Shown: positions 35,808 through 38,400 of the stretch, in pieces | Layout of the letters: every line of letters starts with the position of its first letter | Numbering within the stretch: the first letter of the stretch is position 1 | NCBI GenBank assembly: GCA_009923375.1 | Contig: RFTO01000001.1 | Span: 1-38,400, forward strand | Direction of reading: 5' to 3' | Origin: Actinomycetota bacterium | Lineage (GTDB): Bacteria > Actinomycetota > Actinomycetes > S36-B12 > UBA5976 | Length of the DNA stretch: 38,400 nt | The notes under the pieces: model-generated | Database searches by the model: none | The model's input: the letters and a program-made list of their open reading frames with translations, nothing else | What the model was told of the DNA's origin: nothing | Made by a program: the position numbers and the translations under genes

Positions 35808-36622
35808 CGCTGGTCGCTGACATTCCCGCACAGGGGTTGTTCACATCGACGGTTACTCAGACGGCATTGAACATCACTGCCTGGTCGGGTTGTACCCCTG
35901 CGCTCTACCAGCAGCAAGTGTCCGCCACCAACCCGATTGCATATCTGCGTATGCAACCAACCCTCCGAACCGAGTCAGATATCGGAACAAGCGGCGGTGA
36001 CTGGAAGTGGAGCAGTGCACCGACATCCGCAGCCGGGGCATTGACCTGCGACACAAACCCTGCGGTGGAGGTCACATCATCGAAGGTGCTGAGCAGTGAA
36101 GGCGCGGATGCTGTCACTGTAGACAGCGTTCCTTTCAGTTACGCGTTGTGGATTAAAGCTGCCGCTGGAGCTGAAGGAGTCGTATTCTCCTCGGCTGCTG
36201 GACTGACGAGTTCAGGAGCGAGCGTTCGTGCTGATCGTGCCTTGTTTCTCCGAAGTAATGGCACCTTGGCGGTGGGCATGGCAGATGGGCCCCAAATAAC
36301 CGCCCTCACTAGCACGAAAGTGATCGCGGACAACACGTGGCACTTTGTGGTGGTCACGCTGAAGGTGAATGACGTCGGAAATGGCCGCGGGCTTCGGCTG
36401 TACATCGACGGTACTCAAGCCAGCTATTCAAATACGATGCGTAAAGGTGCAGCGCCCGCAGCCAACGAATCTTGGCGCGTCGGTCCAGCCACACTTGACT
36501 CCCAGTTAGGCGCATTGATCCCGTCAGGGACATTCGCAGGCTCCATTGATGAACTCGCGGTGTGGAATCGAACCATCACTGACGCGGAGATCGCCAACAT
36601 ATGGGCTTCGCGGACCGGCTGA
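35573..36622 (+). CDS. LamG/concanavalin-A-like lectin domain protein with an internal SipW-type signal sequence and no proper start codon
   Basis: From about 35768 it reads RRLLAAALAAAAVTLVADIPAQGLFTSTVTQTALNITAW (signal plus FT..T...N.T motif). Then a LamG pattern: WHFVVVTL...LRLYIDG...FAGSIDELAVWNRTITDAEI. The only ATG in frame (35573) lies inside the peptidase remnant in a different frame. Possibly a pseudogene. Confidence 0.65.
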   Translation: MVAAHHHHCALDAPRGSRLLGIRAGVVSHPQLASRHPRQRLHGAYVSDGHGLDHGKGRGSNEHAGRRLLAAALAAAAVTLVADIPAQGLFTSTVTQTALNITAWSGCTPALYQQQVSATNPIAYLRMQPTLRTESDIGTSGGDWKWSSAPTSAAGALTCDTNPAVEVTSSKVLSSEGADAVTVDSVPFSYALWIKAAAGAEGVVFSSAAGLTSSGASVRADRALFLRSNGTLAVGMADGPQITALTSTKVIADNTWHFVVVTLKVNDVGNGRGLRLYIDGTQASYSNTMRKGAAPAANESWRVGPATLDSQLGALIPSGTFAGSIDELAVWNRTITDAEIANIWASRTG

Positions 36623-36654
36623 GTGGCGCGCGACTGGTGACAGCGCGTCAAGGT

Positions 36655-37146
36655 TCACTGCGCGGAGCGCAACCACCAGATGTGTTCCTCATCGTCCCGC
36701 TGCCAACGGGTAAAGCCGGAGTTCATCAGCACGCGCTGACTGGCGAGGTTGTCAGCCTCGGTCTCTGCAACCACAGTCAAGCCGAGTGGCGTTGCTAGAT
36801 TGATGAGCAGTTGGACAGCTGCTGTTGCAATACCGCGGTTTTGATGTGACTCGGCAATGCCGTAGCCGATCTCAATGCGCTGCTCGGAATCTGGTCCCGC
36901 CTTGAAGCCACAACCACCCACCAGCAAGTCATCGGCAATGACTAAGAAGAGTGAGAGCCACGGTTGCTCGGCTGTGGCATTTTCATAATCGATGCCAGCG
37001 GCGATACGTCGGCAGACCAAACCAGCCAGCATCACATCTGCGTCTGTGGGGAAGTCATCTGCCCAGGTGGCGTGGCGCCTGCCGTTGTAGATGTCTGCAG
37101 CGAGTTCCGCGGTGAGCGGGGTCAGCGATACCTGAGTTACAGCCAT
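36655..37146 (-). CDS. GNAT-family N-acetyltransferase
   Basis: 163 aa. Acetyl-CoA motif A QNRGIATAAV, preceded by IEIGYGI. Confidence 0.8.
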   Translation of the reverse strand: MAVTQVSLTPLTAELAADIYNGRRHATWADDFPTDADVMLAGLVCRRIAAGIDYENATAEQPWLSLFLVIADDLLVGGCGFKAGPDSEQRIEIGYGIAESHQNRGIATAAVQLLINLATPLGLTVVAETEADNLASQRVLMNSGFTRWQRDDEEHIWWLRSAQ

Positions 37147-38006
37147 AGAGAACTCTTCTCGACCAAGGTGATGAGCTCCTGTCGCAGGGTGGCCGCCTCA
37201 GCCGCGAACCCGCGTTGCGCTGTTGCGAAAGCGGCACGGCCAGCTGGAGTCTCAACGCGAATCGGGACAAGTCCCATCGCCGAGAAGTCATAGGGAGATG
37301 ACTGCATGTCCACGGTGCGGATGCGACGAGCAAGCTCAAATGCACGCCGGATGAACTCGCTTGGGATCAGTGGCTGCAAACGCATCGCCCACTTGTAAAG
37401 GTCCATGTTCGCGTGCAGGCAGCCGGGTTGGTCGAAGTCGGGCTGCGTGGCACGTGAGTGTTGGATCGGGTTCAGCTCCAGAGCGCGCGGGGTGAAGAAC
37501 CGCCACGCATCAAAGTGCGTGCATCGAAGTCCGACACTTTCGATGGTGTCGCTGATCTGACTCGCGTTGATGCGCAGCGACCAGGAGTTATGGCGGACCT
37601 GCTCAGGCGTTTGGTCGAGCAGCATCGCCCATTCATGTAATCCAAAACAACCTAAGCCTGCTGGGCGCGATGCAGTGTTTCGCTGAAGGCCAAGTACCCA
37701 GGCACTGCTCGTGCGTAGGTGCTCGCGCTTGTTCTCGGGGAGATGGAGGGCATCAAAGGCAAAGGCTCCGTTAGTTTCGACGAAGCCAGGTGGGAGTTCA
37801 TCGGCTGCAGTGCCGCCCACCAAGGCGATTCCCGCACCTGGGGTCCAACGTCGTAGGGCACCAGGTGAGTAGGGGTAGTACTCCCAGAGGAAATCCTCCA
37901 CCGGATGCTTGATTCCATCCGTCCGCCTAGCCAAGCGATCGTTAGCGGCAGCGGTCGCCCATTGCCGATGGTCATGTTGCAATGCGCGCCATTGCTCCTG
38001 CGGCAT
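37137..38006 (-). CDS. Conserved actinobacterial protein commonly annotated as 3-methyladenine DNA glycosylase (function unverified)
   Basis: Contains KHPVEDFLWEYYPYSPGALRRWTPGAG and HEWAML. Start chosen as ATG 38006, about 33 aa before HPVEDF, as I recall for homologues. The ORF is open to GTG 38078. Overlaps the GNAT start by 10 nt. Confidence 0.65.
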   Translation of the reverse strand: MPQEQWRALQHDHRQWATAAANDRLARRTDGIKHPVEDFLWEYYPYSPGALRRWTPGAGIALVGGTAADELPPGFVETNGAFAFDALHLPENKREHLRTSSAWVLGLQRNTASRPAGLGCFGLHEWAMLLDQTPEQVRHNSWSLRINASQISDTIESVGLRCTHFDAWRFFTPRALELNPIQHSRATQPDFDQPGCLHANMDLYKWAMRLQPLIPSEFIRRAFELARRIRTVDMQSSPYDFSAMGLVPIRVETPAGRAAFATAQRGFAAEAATLRQELITLVEKSSLWL

Positions 38007-38094
38007 GATCTCAAGGGGGGTGGAACTCACGTGCACAAGTGTCCACCAACCCTGTGGCGACAAGCAGCCCGCCGTCACATGACACGATGGTCAT

Positions 38095-38322
38095 ATGGAA
38101 GAGGCAGATTCGCCTAGCGGCATGAGGCCCACAGCATCGAATGTGGCTGCACCTGTAAGTGGGTCCGCGCAGGAGCCGACGGCCGCCGAGAAGCTCACTG
38201 CAGCATTAGCCGCAATTGATCTGACACCCGACACCACGACCGACGAGCGGATCCCTCCAGCCTTGCCGCAAACTGAATCGCTACTCGATGAAGTGCCGCC
38301 GCATCACGTGCCCCGCGCTTAG
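38095..38322 (+). CDS. Hypothetical small protein
   Basis: 75-aa ATG ORF, Ala/Pro/Thr-rich, ending ...LLDEVPPHHVPRA. I recognise no family. Divergent from the previous gene. Confidence 0.4.
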   Translation: MEEADSPSGMRPTASNVAAPVSGSAQEPTAAEKLTAALAAIDLTPDTTTDERIPPALPQTESLLDEVPPHHVPRA

Positions 38323-38400
38323 CATTCGACCTAAACGCCTGCTTTGCTTAACGCCCTGAGCCGGTGCGAGAGCGTAGGGCGATGCTGACATGTGGCTGGT

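Noticed and set aside
1-38400. CRISPR arrays, transposases/IS elements, integrases, toxin-antitoxin pairs, restriction-modification or other known defence systems, rRNA
   Set aside because: No spaced short direct-repeat arrays were seen. No ORF has DDE, tyrosine- or serine-recombinase, nuclease or methylase motifs. The only repeats seen are the three duplications reported.

Overview
About 60% GC chromosomal segment with the gene content and order of an actinobacterium. From memory, it is largely syntenic with the M. tuberculosis Rv3682 to Rv3605c region. All calls come from reading the sequence and the ORF track and recognising motifs; no database search was possible. Order of genes: partial class A PBP (minus strand, runs off the 5' edge), whiB-like remnant, RidA-family gene, crp, nth, TlpA-like lipoprotein, MarP-like protease, holin-X-like membrane protein, nhaA, acs, degenerate Fic-like gene, HAD-IB phosphatase, a 7-gene Tad/Flp pilus locus, hppA, topA, tmk, holB, TAP-like alpha/beta hydrolase lipoprotein, tRNA-Thr(CGT), a small accessory patch, tilS-hpt-ftsH-folE-folP-folB-folK-DUF3180, a TasA-like/SipW/LamG cluster, a GNAT gene, a conserved gene usually annotated as 3-methyladenine DNA glycosylase, and a small hypothetical ORF. 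The accessory patch holds a duplicated tRNA 3' end, a Cys-rich micro-ORF and a 1116-aa secreted multi-domain protein. I found no CRISPR array, rRNA, transposase, integrase or recognisable defence system. Most of the window is ordinary core genome. The best candidates for something undescribed are (i) the TasA-like / SipW-type signal peptidase / LamG-lectin cluster at 34.9-36.6 kb, whose peptidase is internally deleted, and (ii) the tRNA-Thr-adjacent patch at 24.4-28.2 kb. Other observations: an NhaA homologue with the Asp163/Lys300 equivalents replaced by Asn/Gln, two tandem duplications of gene ends (77 bp and 84 bp), a whiB remnant, a frameshift at a (CA)n tract in the RidA gene, and a Fic fold lacking the catalytic His.
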